Below are positions 1-9,165 of a stretch of 50,810 nucleotides of DNA, piece by piece. The stretch's first letter is position 1. Each line of letters begins with the position of its first letter. The notes under the pieces are model-generated. The model was not told the origin of the DNA. It saw only the letters and a list, made by a program, of their open reading frames with translations, and did not search any database. The stretch comes from Spirochaetales bacterium (GTDB taxonomy: Bacteria; Spirochaetota; Spirochaetia; JABEVK01), in contig DAIDJJ010000001.1 in NCBI GenBank assembly GCA_027451385.1, forward strand, positions 1 through 50,810, read 5' to 3'. The position numbers and the translations under genes are program-made.

Positions 1-2
1 GT

Positions 3-1406
3 TTTTGGCTTTCTCCTGATCTTCGTTTTGTCGTGCTTTTAGTAGATGGCCGTACTTTGTTAATGAAATCTACAGGTTATTTTTCAGACGATAATGCGCC
101 TTGGAAGGGGGGGGCCTATGTCCCTCTGCCGGGTAGCAGTCGAGTCCAACGAGTTCTATGGAACCCACAAGGCGCTCAGGTACTGGTTACGAATCTGAGA
201 AATCCGCTTTCAGCTGTTTTTCAATTGTCTGAAAAAGGAGCCGCTTTGTTGGCACAAGGGGCAGATTTTCTAGACTTGTCAGCTTCCCCAGACGGCAAGA
301 AGGTGCTGCTAACGACAAGTTCGGGAGTGTCCCTTCGCAAGTCCACAGACTTTTCAGAAGAAGCCTTTTTTCCCCAGGAAGGAACCAAGGCAGCTTTTTG
401 GCAAGGTCAGGACGTTCTTTTGTGCTCTCGAGCCGGGGTAGAAAAACTGTCTCTAGAGACTGGTCTTCATACCCAGTTGGTCTTAGGGGAGGCAGAGGCT
501 TTGGCCTTCGATGAAAAAGGCGTTCCACAAGCCTTAGCAAGAGGACAACTTTGGTCTTGGACTCAAGGTGTATGGTTGCCGGTTTCTGGTCACACTTTAC
601 CCCCGACTCAAACTGAAAACAAAGTTGTGAGGGTTTTTTTACAAAGCCTCAACTCTGTCGTTCGTAACCGCATTATGGTTAGACTCTTGGCACGTTCGGC
701 CACCGTACCTCTCTTACCTTCGCCCTTACCTCAACCTCAAGAATTGACGGAAAGGCCAGAAAAACCTTCGTTAAAGGGGGTCTTTACGCACGGTGCCAGA
801 GATGAAAAGCGCGAAATTGCTTTAGTGTTTTTAGCTCAAGACTCCTCTTTAGGAGTGGGAGAAGTTTTATCGACGTTGCGTTCCTGGAAAGCTGGGGCAA
901 CATTTTTTATCAATGGAGACTTTTTACGCAGACATCCTGAAGCGTGCCGTGCCCTGGCCGCTTCAGGGGAAGAAATGGCTAATGGGTTTTATATGCCGTT
1001 CCATTTTTCGGCGTCTGATGCCTCGGGGGCCTTTATTCCCAAAGGGTTAGCTCGCCAAGAAGACGATTGGCATCGCATAACAGGTACCGAGTTATCACCA
1101 CTCTGGTGGCCACTAGGGGATAAGGTTGCTGTGGCTCAGGCGGCTGCTCAGGCTGGTTACATCACCGTGGGAACCGATTTAGACTTACCTCAACCCACCG
1201 AGGGCCGAATTCCTTCCTCGAAGTGGATCGAAGCGGTATTAAAAACCATTCGTCCAGGGGCGATTTTGTCCTTGACCCTTGGGGTCAGAGATAGTAAAAC
1301 GGGGGACAGCTTTTTTCACCGTTTGGACCTGCTGTTGGATGCTTTGAAACAAGCCGGCTATAGTTTTGTTTCTGTTTCGAAATTACGGGAACATTCTCAG
1401 AATTAA
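3..1406 (+). CDS. beta-propeller (TolB-like) + NodB-fold polysaccharide-deacetylase-like protein, 5'-partial (continues left of the window)
   Basis: The frame is open from nt 3 (FWLSPDLRFVVLLVDG...), so the GTG at 33 in the ORF track is probably internal. It has SPDGKKVLL-type propeller repeats and no signal peptide is visible. The C-terminal half has a NodB-like AGATFFINGDFL segment, but the usual TFDDG and His ligands look substituted (VFLAQDSS, GEEMANG). Confidence 0.6.
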   Translation, partial: FWLSPDLRFVVLLVDGRTLLMKSTGYFSDDNAPWKGGAYVPLPGSSRVQRVLWNPQGAQVLVTNLRNPLSAVFQLSEKGAALLAQGADFLDLSASPDGKKVLLTTSSGVSLRKSTDFSEEAFFPQEGTKAAFWQGQDVLLCSRAGVEKLSLETGLHTQLVLGEAEALAFDEKGVPQALARGQLWSWTQGVWLPVSGHTLPPTQTENKVVRVFLQSLNSVVRNRIMVRLLARSATVPLLPSPLPQPQELTERPEKPSLKGVFTHGARDEKREIALVFLAQDSSLGVGEVLSTLRSWKAGATFFINGDFLRRHPEACRALAASGEEMANGFYMPFHFSASDASGAFIPKGLARQEDDWHRITGTELSPLWWPLGDKVAVAQAAAQAGYITVGTDLDLPQPTEGRIPSSKWIEAVLKTIRPGAILSLTLGVRDSKTGDSFFHRLDLLLDALKQAGYSFVSVSKLREHSQN

Positions 1407-1429
1407 ACGAGAATTCATACCTTTTTATT

Positions 1430-1456
1430 TAAGGCAAAATAAAAACCTGTCGAAAC
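1430..1456 (+). promoter_or_regulatory. candidate sigma-28 (FliA)-type promoter upstream of fliS
   Basis: TAAG-N15-GTCGAAAC compared with the consensus TAAA-N15-GCCGATAA. The spacing is exact, with 3/4 and 5/8 matches. It lies 35 nt upstream of the fliS ATG. Confidence 0.3.
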
Positions 1457-1490
1457 TGAAACGTAGACCTAGGGTTCCAGGAGGGGGAGC

Positions 1491-1919
1491 ATGAGTGTTC
1501 TGAAAGGTCCTTTGAGTGCTTACCGAGAGGTTTCGGTAAGGACAGCCAGCCAGGGGAAGCTGATTGTCATGCTGTATGACGAAGCCATTAAACAGACTGA
1601 GATTGCGATTAAGCTACTGAAAGAAAAATCCAAAAAGTTGGATGTGGTGCACAATGCGCTGATTCGGGCTCAAGACGTCATTACCGAACTGATGGCTGGA
1701 CTGGACTTTGATCGGGGTGGGGAAATGGCACGCAACCTTCTTAGCCTTTACCTGTTTTTTAATGAAAAACTTCGTGAAGGCAACCTCAAAAAGAGTGAAG
1801 AAATTTTGATTCCTGTTCGGGATTTTTTAACAGACTTACGTGGGGCTTGGGCTCAAATTGCCAATGTTCGTTCTGAAGACGCGGGAACGGGTTCGATCGG
1901 CGTCAATATCGCGGGGTAG
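1491..1919 (+). CDS. fliS: flagellar export chaperone FliS
   Basis: 142 aa with FliS-family pattern (YREVSVRTASQGKLIVMLYDEAI, NLLSLYLFFNEKLREGN). A purine-rich SD (aggaggggga) lies just upstream of the ATG. Confidence 0.9.
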   Translation: MSVLKGPLSAYREVSVRTASQGKLIVMLYDEAIKQTEIAIKLLKEKSKKLDVVHNALIRAQDVITELMAGLDFDRGGEMARNLLSLYLFFNEKLREGNLKKSEEILIPVRDFLTDLRGAWAQIANVRSEDAGTGSIGVNIAG

Positions 1920-1923
1920 CTAG

Positions 1924-2379
1924 GTGCTGGCGAACTCAGAGTTAGAACGCCGCGTCGCCTTACTCAAAAAACTTAAAGAAACCCTTCATCAGCAGCGTGA
2001 AAAGTTCTCGACTTACCTCCAGGTGCTTGATCAAGAACAATCCAGTGTTCAAGAAGGGCGCTTAGAAGCACTTCAACAACAGGTGAAAATCGAAGAAGCC
2101 TTAGTCGCTGAAATTGGGACGTTTCAAAAGGTGATTGACCCGCTTGAAGCGGTATGGAAGCAATCTAACCCAGAGACCGAGGACTCAGAAGTCCTCGAAT
2201 TGAAGCAGAACTTGGACTTGCTAAAAGCCCAAGTCCAAGAGAAGAATGCCCAAAACCGGAGTTTACTCTCGGCAAAAATGGAAGAAGTTCGCTCAGAACT
2301 GCTAAAAATTCGCCCTAGACCCAAAAATCCTTATGGTTCTGGTTCCTCTACGGCGAGGATGATCGACATCTCAACCTAA
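1924..2379 (+). CDS. coiled-coil protein downstream of fliS (possibly a FlgN/FliT-like flagellar chaperone)
   Basis: 151 aa, rich in Gln/Glu/Leu heptads. The GTG start lies 4 nt after the fliS stop. The function is guessed from position and composition only. Confidence 0.55.
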   Translation: MLANSELERRVALLKKLKETLHQQREKFSTYLQVLDQEQSSVQEGRLEALQQQVKIEEALVAEIGTFQKVIDPLEAVWKQSNPETEDSEVLELKQNLDLLKAQVQEKNAQNRSLLSAKMEEVRSELLKIRPRPKNPYGSGSSTARMIDIST

Positions 2380-2382
2380 AAC

Positions 2383-2865
2383 ATGACCAAGAAACATTTT
2401 TCTGCATTCTTAGGACTACTTCTGCTGTGGGCGGCTCCCTTTGCCTTTGCTGAAACCCCTTCTTTTTCTAACGCAACTTTGTTCCATTTTGGTTTTCGTT
2501 GGGGGGATGGTGTCACTCTGGAGTACCAGGGCCTTGTTAGCGGCACTGCCTTTGGTCTGGATCAGCGTTTGGCCGAACGACTAAACTTGTTTCCCTCAAG
2601 CCGTAAGTTTTTGCAGCGCTATCAAACGCTTGATGCCTGGGGAAACGGTTTGCTTTGGGGTGGGCTTGGGGTAGCCGTAGGGGGTGTTCTCTTTTCCAAT
2701 GCAGGAGTCAACGCCTCAGGTTACGTCGTAACAGGAACCATTTTGACAGGTTTAGTTGGTATGCTCCTCGGGGAACTTGTTCAGACTTCGGCACAAGACT
2801 TAGCCGCGAGAGCTGCAGATGCCTATAACGACTTTGTCCTTTCCTCCTTGTCCAAGGCCCCCTAA
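2383..2865 (+). CDS. secreted/membrane protein of unknown function
   Basis: N-terminal signal peptide (LLLLWAAPFAFA/ET) and two Gly-rich hydrophobic segments. It lies 3 nt after the preceding stop. Confidence 0.6.
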   Translation: MTKKHFSAFLGLLLLWAAPFAFAETPSFSNATLFHFGFRWGDGVTLEYQGLVSGTAFGLDQRLAERLNLFPSSRKFLQRYQTLDAWGNGLLWGGLGVAVGGVLFSNAGVNASGYVVTGTILTGLVGMLLGELVQTSAQDLAARAADAYNDFVLSSLSKAP

Positions 2866-2882
2866 GCTTTTAATATCGAAAT

Positions 2883-5624
2883 ATGGAAAACCGAGTCCTT
2901 TTAGTGGACGCCTTTGGGCAAATCTTTCGTTCGTATTTTGCCTTTGCGGGAAAACCGCTGTTGTCACCAGATGGTCGCAACGTCAATGCCGTGTTTGGTT
3001 TTATCAAAACCTTATTTCAGTTGATTCGCACCTACCGCCCAACCCATGTGGCAATTCTTTATGATTCACGTACACCCACTTTTCGTAATGAGATGTATCC
3101 AGACTATAAGGCCCACCGAGAGGCGGCACCAGAAGATTTACTTTCTCAACTCCCTATGATTGAAACTTTGTTAACAGAAATGGGACTGAAGCTGTTGCAA
3201 AAAGACGGTTTTGAAGCAGATGATTTGATTGCTACGTGCGCTAGGGTGTGTCAGGCCGATCAAACTGTCTGTTGGATTGCCTCCAACGATAAGGATTTGC
3301 TTCAATTGGTAGGCGGGAGTGTTAAGGCTTTGCGTTCCGATGGACGGGGAGGCTACCGCGAGTATGGTGCTGAAGAGGTGTTTGCCGACAAGGGGGTTCA
3401 CCCCCACCAGATTCTGGATTGGTTAGCTTTAGTCGGGGATTCTTCGGATAATATCCCTGGCGTAGCTGGGATCGGCGAGGTAACCGCGAACCGGCTTTTG
3501 GCGGAATGGGGGTCTTTAGACAATCTTTATGCAAACTTAGCGAAGTTAAAAAGTGCTTCACAGCGGGAAAAGCTTGAAAAAGGACGGGATAGTGCCCTTT
3601 TAAGCCGTCAGCTGGCTCAACTTCGTGAAGTGGATTGCGGTTTTTCCTATGAGGCCACTCGTTTAGAATGGAATCTTCAAGGGAAGGCGGCCGAGCTTTT
3701 TCAGTCCCTCCAGGCAAAATCCCTCTTGGCAGAATGGAAAGCCTTGGGAAATGCCAAGGCGGGTCAACTGTTTTTTGAGGCTGAGAGTCCACCACCCTCT
3801 GGCCCCCTCCCTCTTCATGGCACGTATGAAACGATTGTCACTACCGAACGTTTACTTTTTTGGCGAGATAAACTGCGCCGTGCTGGCGCGGGAGCCATGG
3901 ATTTTGAAACAGATTCCTTAGACACCTTTTCGGCTCGTTTATGCGGACTGTCTGTGTGTTGTCAGTCTGGTGAGGCCGCCTATATTCCCTTATTAGCCGC
4001 TGACGATGACAAATTTTCAGGGCCATGGTTGTCTGAAAACGACGTCTTGACGGCCTTTCGACCGCTTTGGGAAGATCCCTCCTTTAAGCTCATCGGCCAA
4101 AACTTTAAGTTTGACGCTAAACTGCTGTTGCGGCGTAGTATTCGTTTAGCGGGACTCTACCATGACACCATGGTAGCTGGCTGGTTGCTAGACGCCTCGG
4201 CGGGGTCTTACAATCTCGAAGCCTTAGCCTTAAAGTACCTCAATCTGAAAGGGCTTTCCTTTGAGGAGGTTGTTGGCAAGCTTCCCGATTTTTCGGCGGT
4301 GGAGGTGAGCCTTTCCTCAAAATATTCCGCAGAAGATGCCGATTTGACCTGGCGTTTATTTGAAATCTTTGAAAAGAGTTTGCACGAGGAAGGTCTCTTT
4401 GAGTTATTCCATACCCTTGAGATGCCGTTGACTCTGGTTTTGGCCACGATGGAAAATCGGGGTATACGGCTGAAGAAAGAAGAATTAGCCGCTTTTTCAG
4501 AAGAATTAACACGACGTCTAGCAGACCTGGAAGAAGAAATATTTGCCCTTTGCGGTGGGAAACGCTTTAACTTAGGGTCGCCCAAACAGCTCCAGGAAGT
4601 CTTGTTTACGGATCGAGGACTTACACCTCCTCCGCGTGCCAAAATTAAAACCGGTTGGTCCACAGATTCTGATATTCTCGAGGAACTTTCAGCCGAAGAT
4701 CCCGTGCCGGGGAAAATCCTTTCTTACCGAGCCTTAGCCAAACTGAAATCCACCTATGCCGATGTTTTGCCTGGCTTAGTCAGTCCAGTGACCGGCCGAC
4801 TGCATACGCAGTTTTTACAAACCGGGACTGCTACAGGTCGGTTGTCGAGCAAAGATCCGAACCTCCAAAACATTCCTATTCGTGATGAAGAGGGGCGGCG
4901 CATTCGCCGAGCTTTTGTTCCGGAAGAAGGCTGGCAATTTATCAGCGCGGATTATTCTCAGATTGAACTTGTCGTCTTGGCACATTTGTCCGAAGATCCT
5001 CATCTCAGGGCTGCTTTTCAAGAGGGAAAAGATATTCACCGGCGTACCGCCAGCCTGATGTTTGGTGTCATGGAAGACTTAGTGTCCTCTGAGATGCGGC
5101 GGGCGGCCAAAGCGATTAACTTTGGCATCATGTACGGCATGTCTGCTTTTCGCTTGGCCAATGAGCTCAAAATTCCCCGAAAAAGAGCTCAAGAGTTTTG
5201 GGATTCCTATCAGCGCGAGTTTGCTGGAGTAGGACGCTTTTTTCAAACGGTAATCGCCCAGGCCGGACAAACAGGACAAGTCCAGACCATGTTGGGGCAT
5301 CGTCGCAAAATTCCCAACCTAACAGGGCGTAACCAAACCGAAAGACAGGCTGCCGAACGAATCGCGATGAATACCCCGATACAAGGAAGCGCAGCCGATA
5401 TCGTGAAATTAGCCATGCTGAAGGTCTCGCATCGATTAGAAGCCGAGGGTTACCAAGCCAGAATCCTTTTGCAAGTGCATGACGAACTCCTTTTAGAAGC
5501 TCCGCAAGAAGAGGTGAATGCTGTTATGAACTTATTGCGCGAAGAAATGGAAGCCGCTGTCACGCTCAGCGTTCCACTTCGCGTGGGAATTGAGCAAGCT
5601 GAAAACTGGGGGGAACTCCATTGA
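2883..5624 (+). CDS. polA: DNA polymerase I
   Basis: 913 aa with a 5'-nuclease N-terminus (LLVDAFGQIFRSYFAF), a 3'-5' exonuclease-like middle and family-A polymerase motifs (DYSQIELVVLAH, RRAAKAINFGIMYGMS, QVHDELLLE). Confidence 0.97.
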   Translation: MENRVLLVDAFGQIFRSYFAFAGKPLLSPDGRNVNAVFGFIKTLFQLIRTYRPTHVAILYDSRTPTFRNEMYPDYKAHREAAPEDLLSQLPMIETLLTEMGLKLLQKDGFEADDLIATCARVCQADQTVCWIASNDKDLLQLVGGSVKALRSDGRGGYREYGAEEVFADKGVHPHQILDWLALVGDSSDNIPGVAGIGEVTANRLLAEWGSLDNLYANLAKLKSASQREKLEKGRDSALLSRQLAQLREVDCGFSYEATRLEWNLQGKAAELFQSLQAKSLLAEWKALGNAKAGQLFFEAESPPPSGPLPLHGTYETIVTTERLLFWRDKLRRAGAGAMDFETDSLDTFSARLCGLSVCCQSGEAAYIPLLAADDDKFSGPWLSENDVLTAFRPLWEDPSFKLIGQNFKFDAKLLLRRSIRLAGLYHDTMVAGWLLDASAGSYNLEALALKYLNLKGLSFEEVVGKLPDFSAVEVSLSSKYSAEDADLTWRLFEIFEKSLHEEGLFELFHTLEMPLTLVLATMENRGIRLKKEELAAFSEELTRRLADLEEEIFALCGGKRFNLGSPKQLQEVLFTDRGLTPPPRAKIKTGWSTDSDILEELSAEDPVPGKILSYRALAKLKSTYADVLPGLVSPVTGRLHTQFLQTGTATGRLSSKDPNLQNIPIRDEEGRRIRRAFVPEEGWQFISADYSQIELVVLAHLSEDPHLRAAFQEGKDIHRRTASLMFGVMEDLVSSEMRRAAKAINFGIMYGMSAFRLANELKIPRKRAQEFWDSYQREFAGVGRFFQTVIAQAGQTGQVQTMLGHRRKIPNLTGRNQTERQAAERIAMNTPIQGSAADIVKLAMLKVSHRLEAEGYQARILLQVHDELLLEAPQEEVNAVMNLLREEMEAAVTLSVPLRVGIEQAENWGELH

Positions 5625-6202
5625 TTATTGGTCTGGCGGGCAAGGTTTGTTCTGGAAAAAGCTCGTTAGCCACGGTTTTTGCTGAACGTAATTTTGAGAT
5701 TCTTGACGCGGATCAGTTGGGACACCAAGCCTTAGAGGAGCTTATCCCTGAGCTGATTCAACACTTTGGTACCGATGTCGTGAAGGCCGGCAAGGTCGAT
5801 CGAAGAGCCTTAGCACAAAGGGTTTTTCCCCACCCTCAGGCTCTGAAAGAGTTAGAAACCTTAGTTCATCCCAAAATCCTCACGGCGGTTCAACAAAAGC
5901 AGAAACTGAGTCCAGAAAAACACTTTGTCCTTCAGGCTGCCGTTTTGCACAAAGGGGGGTTGGCAGGGGAATGTGAAGCTGTAGTTTGGGTCAAAGCTCC
6001 TTGGTGGCAACGGTTATGGCGGGCTCGCAAGCGTGATCAGAGAACTTGGAAAGAAATCTTGAGTCGGGAATGGGCTCAGCGAAGCTTCTCAATTAAAGCC
6101 TTTGGTAAGGATGTCGATACCTATATTGTGGACAATGGAAAGGGCCTAGAGCGTGCCCAAAGGGATTTAGCCACTTGGTTAGATCGCCGGATCTCGGTTT
6201 GA
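5621..6202 (+). CDS. coaE: dephospho-CoA kinase
   Basis: P-loop IGLAGKVCSGKSS, followed by ILDADQLGH and LVHPKI. The TTG start overlaps the polA stop (tTGA). polA-coaE adjacency is common. Confidence 0.9.
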   Translation: MIIGLAGKVCSGKSSLATVFAERNFEILDADQLGHQALEELIPELIQHFGTDVVKAGKVDRRALAQRVFPHPQALKELETLVHPKILTAVQQKQKLSPEKHFVLQAAVLHKGGLAGECEAVVWVKAPWWQRLWRARKRDQRTWKEILSREWAQRSFSIKAFGKDVDTYIVDNGKGLERAQRDLATWLDRRISV

Positions 6203-6211
6203 ACGTCCGCG

Positions 6212-6982
6212 ATGAGCGAGGATTTCATGAAACAAAAGGGTATTGTATTCCTATTTATTGGGTTGGGCGCGCTAACCTTATTTGTGTTAATTGGTCTGTT
6301 TGTGTTTTATCCTAAGGATAACTCAGCTAAAACACCGCCAGTTAACCAACTCACGAATGCGGTGGGCACTCCTGTACCTCAGACGTTTGACCCTGTAGAG
6401 TGGTCTCGTACAGGGCAAGGAACCGTAACAGCACCGACAACTAGCCCCGCCCCTACCGTTTCACCCCTTGGTACGCCACAACCAACCTCTGCGGCAGACG
6501 GTTTCGTGGTGACGATGAACCCTCCTGGGAATAGTGCTCCTGTGACGGCAACTCCTTCGCCAGTGACCTTCCCCGCACCAGCGACTTCTTACACAGAACA
6601 TAGTACTTCGGGTACGGTTTCCCACCGGACTAAGGAACTCAGTCGCGAAGAAAATCTTAAAGTTCGTGAAAAGAAGTCCATCGCCAAGGTGCGCCACGAG
6701 TCCACGGTACGGCACAAAGAAGTTGCTGCGGTATTAAGAACTCAGTACTGGATTCAGGTTGGAGCGTATACCAACCGCTATCAAGCGGAGCGCATGTCCC
6801 ATGCCTTAGCGGCTCAAGGTTTGAAAGGAACTCTGGTGACAGCGGTTTCCCAAGGAAAGACCATCATTAGGGTCCGTGTCGGTCCCTACGCTCAAAAACA
6901 AGAAGCCGAAAAATTTCTGACTTGGGTGAAACCTGTGAAAGGAATGGAGGCAAGTTTTATCACAGTCGTACATGCACGCTAA
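6212..6982 (+). CDS. SPOR-domain (septal peptidoglycan-binding) membrane protein
   Basis: N-terminal TM helix, a Pro/Thr/Ser-rich linker and a C-terminal SPOR-like segment (YWIQVGAYTNRYQAERM...IIRVRVGPYAQKQEAEKF). Confidence 0.8.
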   Translation: MSEDFMKQKGIVFLFIGLGALTLFVLIGLFVFYPKDNSAKTPPVNQLTNAVGTPVPQTFDPVEWSRTGQGTVTAPTTSPAPTVSPLGTPQPTSAADGFVVTMNPPGNSAPVTATPSPVTFPAPATSYTEHSTSGTVSHRTKELSREENLKVREKKSIAKVRHESTVRHKEVAAVLRTQYWIQVGAYTNRYQAERMSHALAAQGLKGTLVTAVSQGKTIIRVRVGPYAQKQEAEKFLTWVKPVKGMEASFITVVHAR

Positions 6983-7058
6983 GGATTTACCGAATTAGTT
7001 TGTAAAGGGGGCTGTTCAATTTCTTGGTAGAGCCGTATCATAAAAGAGAGGCGGTTGC

Positions 7059-8495
7059 ATGCAGGAAGTTGATCGGCAAGCTTTGATGTCGAGATTTATA
7101 AAACACCCCAAGCGAGATTTTCTTCTTGCAGGCTGGGGTGTTTTTCTTTTTGACCTGGAGTCAGGGCTTTGCCAGCCCAGCCGTCTTGGGGCTGATTTAG
7201 GATGGCCTCAAAAGGGGTTTTCTTTTCAAAAACTTGCGGAGCGCTTGCACCCAGAAGATCGACTTCAGGTTATTCCCCAGTGGGACGCCCTAACCCAGGG
7301 CTCTCAAGATGCCCTTGATGTCGTTTTTCGGTTGAAAGATTTGAACGAAGAGTGGCATTGGGTGCAATTTCGTGCTGTAGTTCTTGAACGAAACGAGAAT
7401 AAAATTCCCAGCTTAGTAGCTGGCTTTGACCGAGAAATGACTGCGGAAAAAGTCAAACTTTTGCAGGTGGAACAATCTCTTAGCTTTTACGAACGGCGTT
7501 TTTGGGAAACTGAGACTCTTCGGGTGGCAGGTTCTGTCTTAGCTGGTGGAGAAATGAACCCTGTGGCGGCTGTCGAACGCTTTTTATACCAGTCCAGCCG
7601 TTTTTTGTCCTTTGATGCGGCGGTGGTTTGGGGATGTGGCGAGTCGTCGTTTGAGTGGTTAGGCGGGGTCTGTCTAAACCCCTTGGATTTACCTCCTATA
7701 GATGCGTTTCCTGAACTTTTTGAAAGCTCGCTGACCCATCGTCGCGCCGAACTCATCACGAATCTCGAAGAAAAATGTCCAAAGCGTTTTTTGCTACAGA
7801 ATAAAAGATACAAAGGCTGGCTGGGACTTCCTTTAGTTTATCAGGATAAGTTAGTAGGTTATGCCGAATTTTTTCATCAAAGCGCGGGAACCGTAGGTCT
7901 AGAGCAATTGGGCTCTGTTTCGGCTTTAGCTGATACGGCTGCGGCAGTGTTATTTAATGCGCACCGCTTTCTTACTACGGAGCAAGAAGCGGCAACTGAC
8001 ACGTTGACTGGACTCCAAACCCGAAGAAGTTTTCAAAGGTCTGCTGAGCTTTTGGCACAAGACGGAAAAATCTTTCCCCTTTCTCTAGTCCTTTTAGATT
8101 TAGATCATTTTAAAATGGTAAATGATGTTTGGGGGCATCAAGCTGGGGATGCTGTTCTGTGCGACGTCGCCAAAGTTTGTCGACTTTTGACCCGAGAAGG
8201 AGATCTAGCCTGCAGATGGGGCGGCGAAGAGATCTTGATCCTTTTAAAAATGACAGGAGCTCTTCCAGCTCGTCGGGCTGCAGAACGTTTGCGACAAGAA
8301 ATTGGGAAGCTTCGCTGGGAGCTGTACCCGCAAATTCAAATTACGGCCAGCCTGGGTGTGGTGACCTGGCCCAAAGGAACTTCGTTATCGTTAAATGAAT
8401 GGTTTTCTAGAGTCGATCAATCCCTGTATGAAGCCAAAAATGCTGGACGAAATCAAGTCAAGGTATGGCATGATCATGACAAGGCGACTCTCTGA
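7059..8495 (+). CDS. PAS-GAF-GGDEF diguanylate cyclase
   Basis: The C-terminal GGDEF domain shows GLQTRRSF, DLDHFKMVNDVWGHQAGD and RWGGEEILILL. An RxxD I-site (REGD) lies five residues upstream. A PAS-like N-terminus (EEWHWVQFRAVV) and a GAF-like middle precede it. Confidence 0.85.
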   Translation: MQEVDRQALMSRFIKHPKRDFLLAGWGVFLFDLESGLCQPSRLGADLGWPQKGFSFQKLAERLHPEDRLQVIPQWDALTQGSQDALDVVFRLKDLNEEWHWVQFRAVVLERNENKIPSLVAGFDREMTAEKVKLLQVEQSLSFYERRFWETETLRVAGSVLAGGEMNPVAAVERFLYQSSRFLSFDAAVVWGCGESSFEWLGGVCLNPLDLPPIDAFPELFESSLTHRRAELITNLEEKCPKRFLLQNKRYKGWLGLPLVYQDKLVGYAEFFHQSAGTVGLEQLGSVSALADTAAAVLFNAHRFLTTEQEAATDTLTGLQTRRSFQRSAELLAQDGKIFPLSLVLLDLDHFKMVNDVWGHQAGDAVLCDVAKVCRLLTREGDLACRWGGEEILILLKMTGALPARRAAERLRQEIGKLRWELYPQIQITASLGVVTWPKGTSLSLNEWFSRVDQSLYEAKNAGRNQVKVWHDHDKATL

Positions 8496-8524
8496 AAAGA
8501 AACCTCGTATTTTTTAGCCTGGGT

Positions 8525-9085
8525 GTGTTTGCCTTAGCTCCTGTCTGGTTAGGCTATGTGGCGCTGACCACCCTTGAAGGATGTTTCGTCCCCTGGAGCC
8601 CCGCAACCGCTAGTCTCTTTACCTGGTTTGTCAATGCTCCCAATGAAGAACTCAGTAAATGGGGCGTCTTCATCGTTGGCACGAAAGCCCTCAAATCTTT
8701 AAGACGACCTCTGGATGGGTGGTTTCAGGGGGCCTTTCTGGGCTTAGGTTACGGTCTCGCTGAAAGCATTCCTTATGCGGCGCAGAAAGGACTGCTAGTT
8801 TTTGTGGAACGGTTGGCGACGGCTGTCCCAGCTCACGTGTTTTATGGGGCAATTTGGGGGGGGTACTATGCTTGGGAAGTCTGCCAAGGTAAAGGAAAGG
8901 TCAGGCATTGGTCTTCGATCCTATTGGCGCTAGGAATTACCATTGTTTTTCATGCAGCCTTTAATTCTTCTTTAAGTGGACCTTGGGGTATTCTTGGGGC
9001 TGTTTTGATCGAGGTTTTGGCGGGGGCATTAGCCCTTACCTTGGGGTGGTTTCTGTATCCAAGACCTCGTCATCATGTGAAATGA
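8525..9085 (+). CDS. PrsW-family-like intramembrane protease
   Basis: Polytopic membrane protein with PrsW-type motifs: EExxK (NEELSKW), GLAESIPY, PAHVFYGAIWG and FHAAFN. The GTG start is uncertain. Confidence 0.55.
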   Translation: MFALAPVWLGYVALTTLEGCFVPWSPATASLFTWFVNAPNEELSKWGVFIVGTKALKSLRRPLDGWFQGAFLGLGYGLAESIPYAAQKGLLVFVERLATAVPAHVFYGAIWGGYYAWEVCQGKGKVRHWSSILLALGITIVFHAAFNSSLSGPWGILGAVLIEVLAGALALTLGWFLYPRPRHHVK

Positions 9086-9100
9086 CTTGGGTCTTTTTCA

Positions 9101-9125
9101 ATTCTTGAGTATTCTTGAGATTGAG
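9101..9125. repeat. tandem 10-bp direct repeat attcttgag(t/a) x2 plus a partial third copy (ttgag)
   Basis: Read directly: attcttgagt attcttgaga ttgag. It lies about 40 nt upstream of the SD of ribA. Confidence 0.6.
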
Positions 9126-9165
9126 TAGTGTTGGAAAAGGGTGTACCCCTCTCAAGGAGCTTACA

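Noticed and set aside
3171-5300. Several 60-157-aa ORFs antisense to or out of frame with polA (e.g. 3322-3795, 4208-4663).
   Set aside because: They lie wholly inside a gene with unmistakable PolI motifs, have Arg/Ser/Pro-rich shadow-ORF composition and lack SD sequences.
9086-9165. FMN riboswitch upstream of ribA.
   Set aside because: The gap is far too short and lacks the conserved RFN core sequences.
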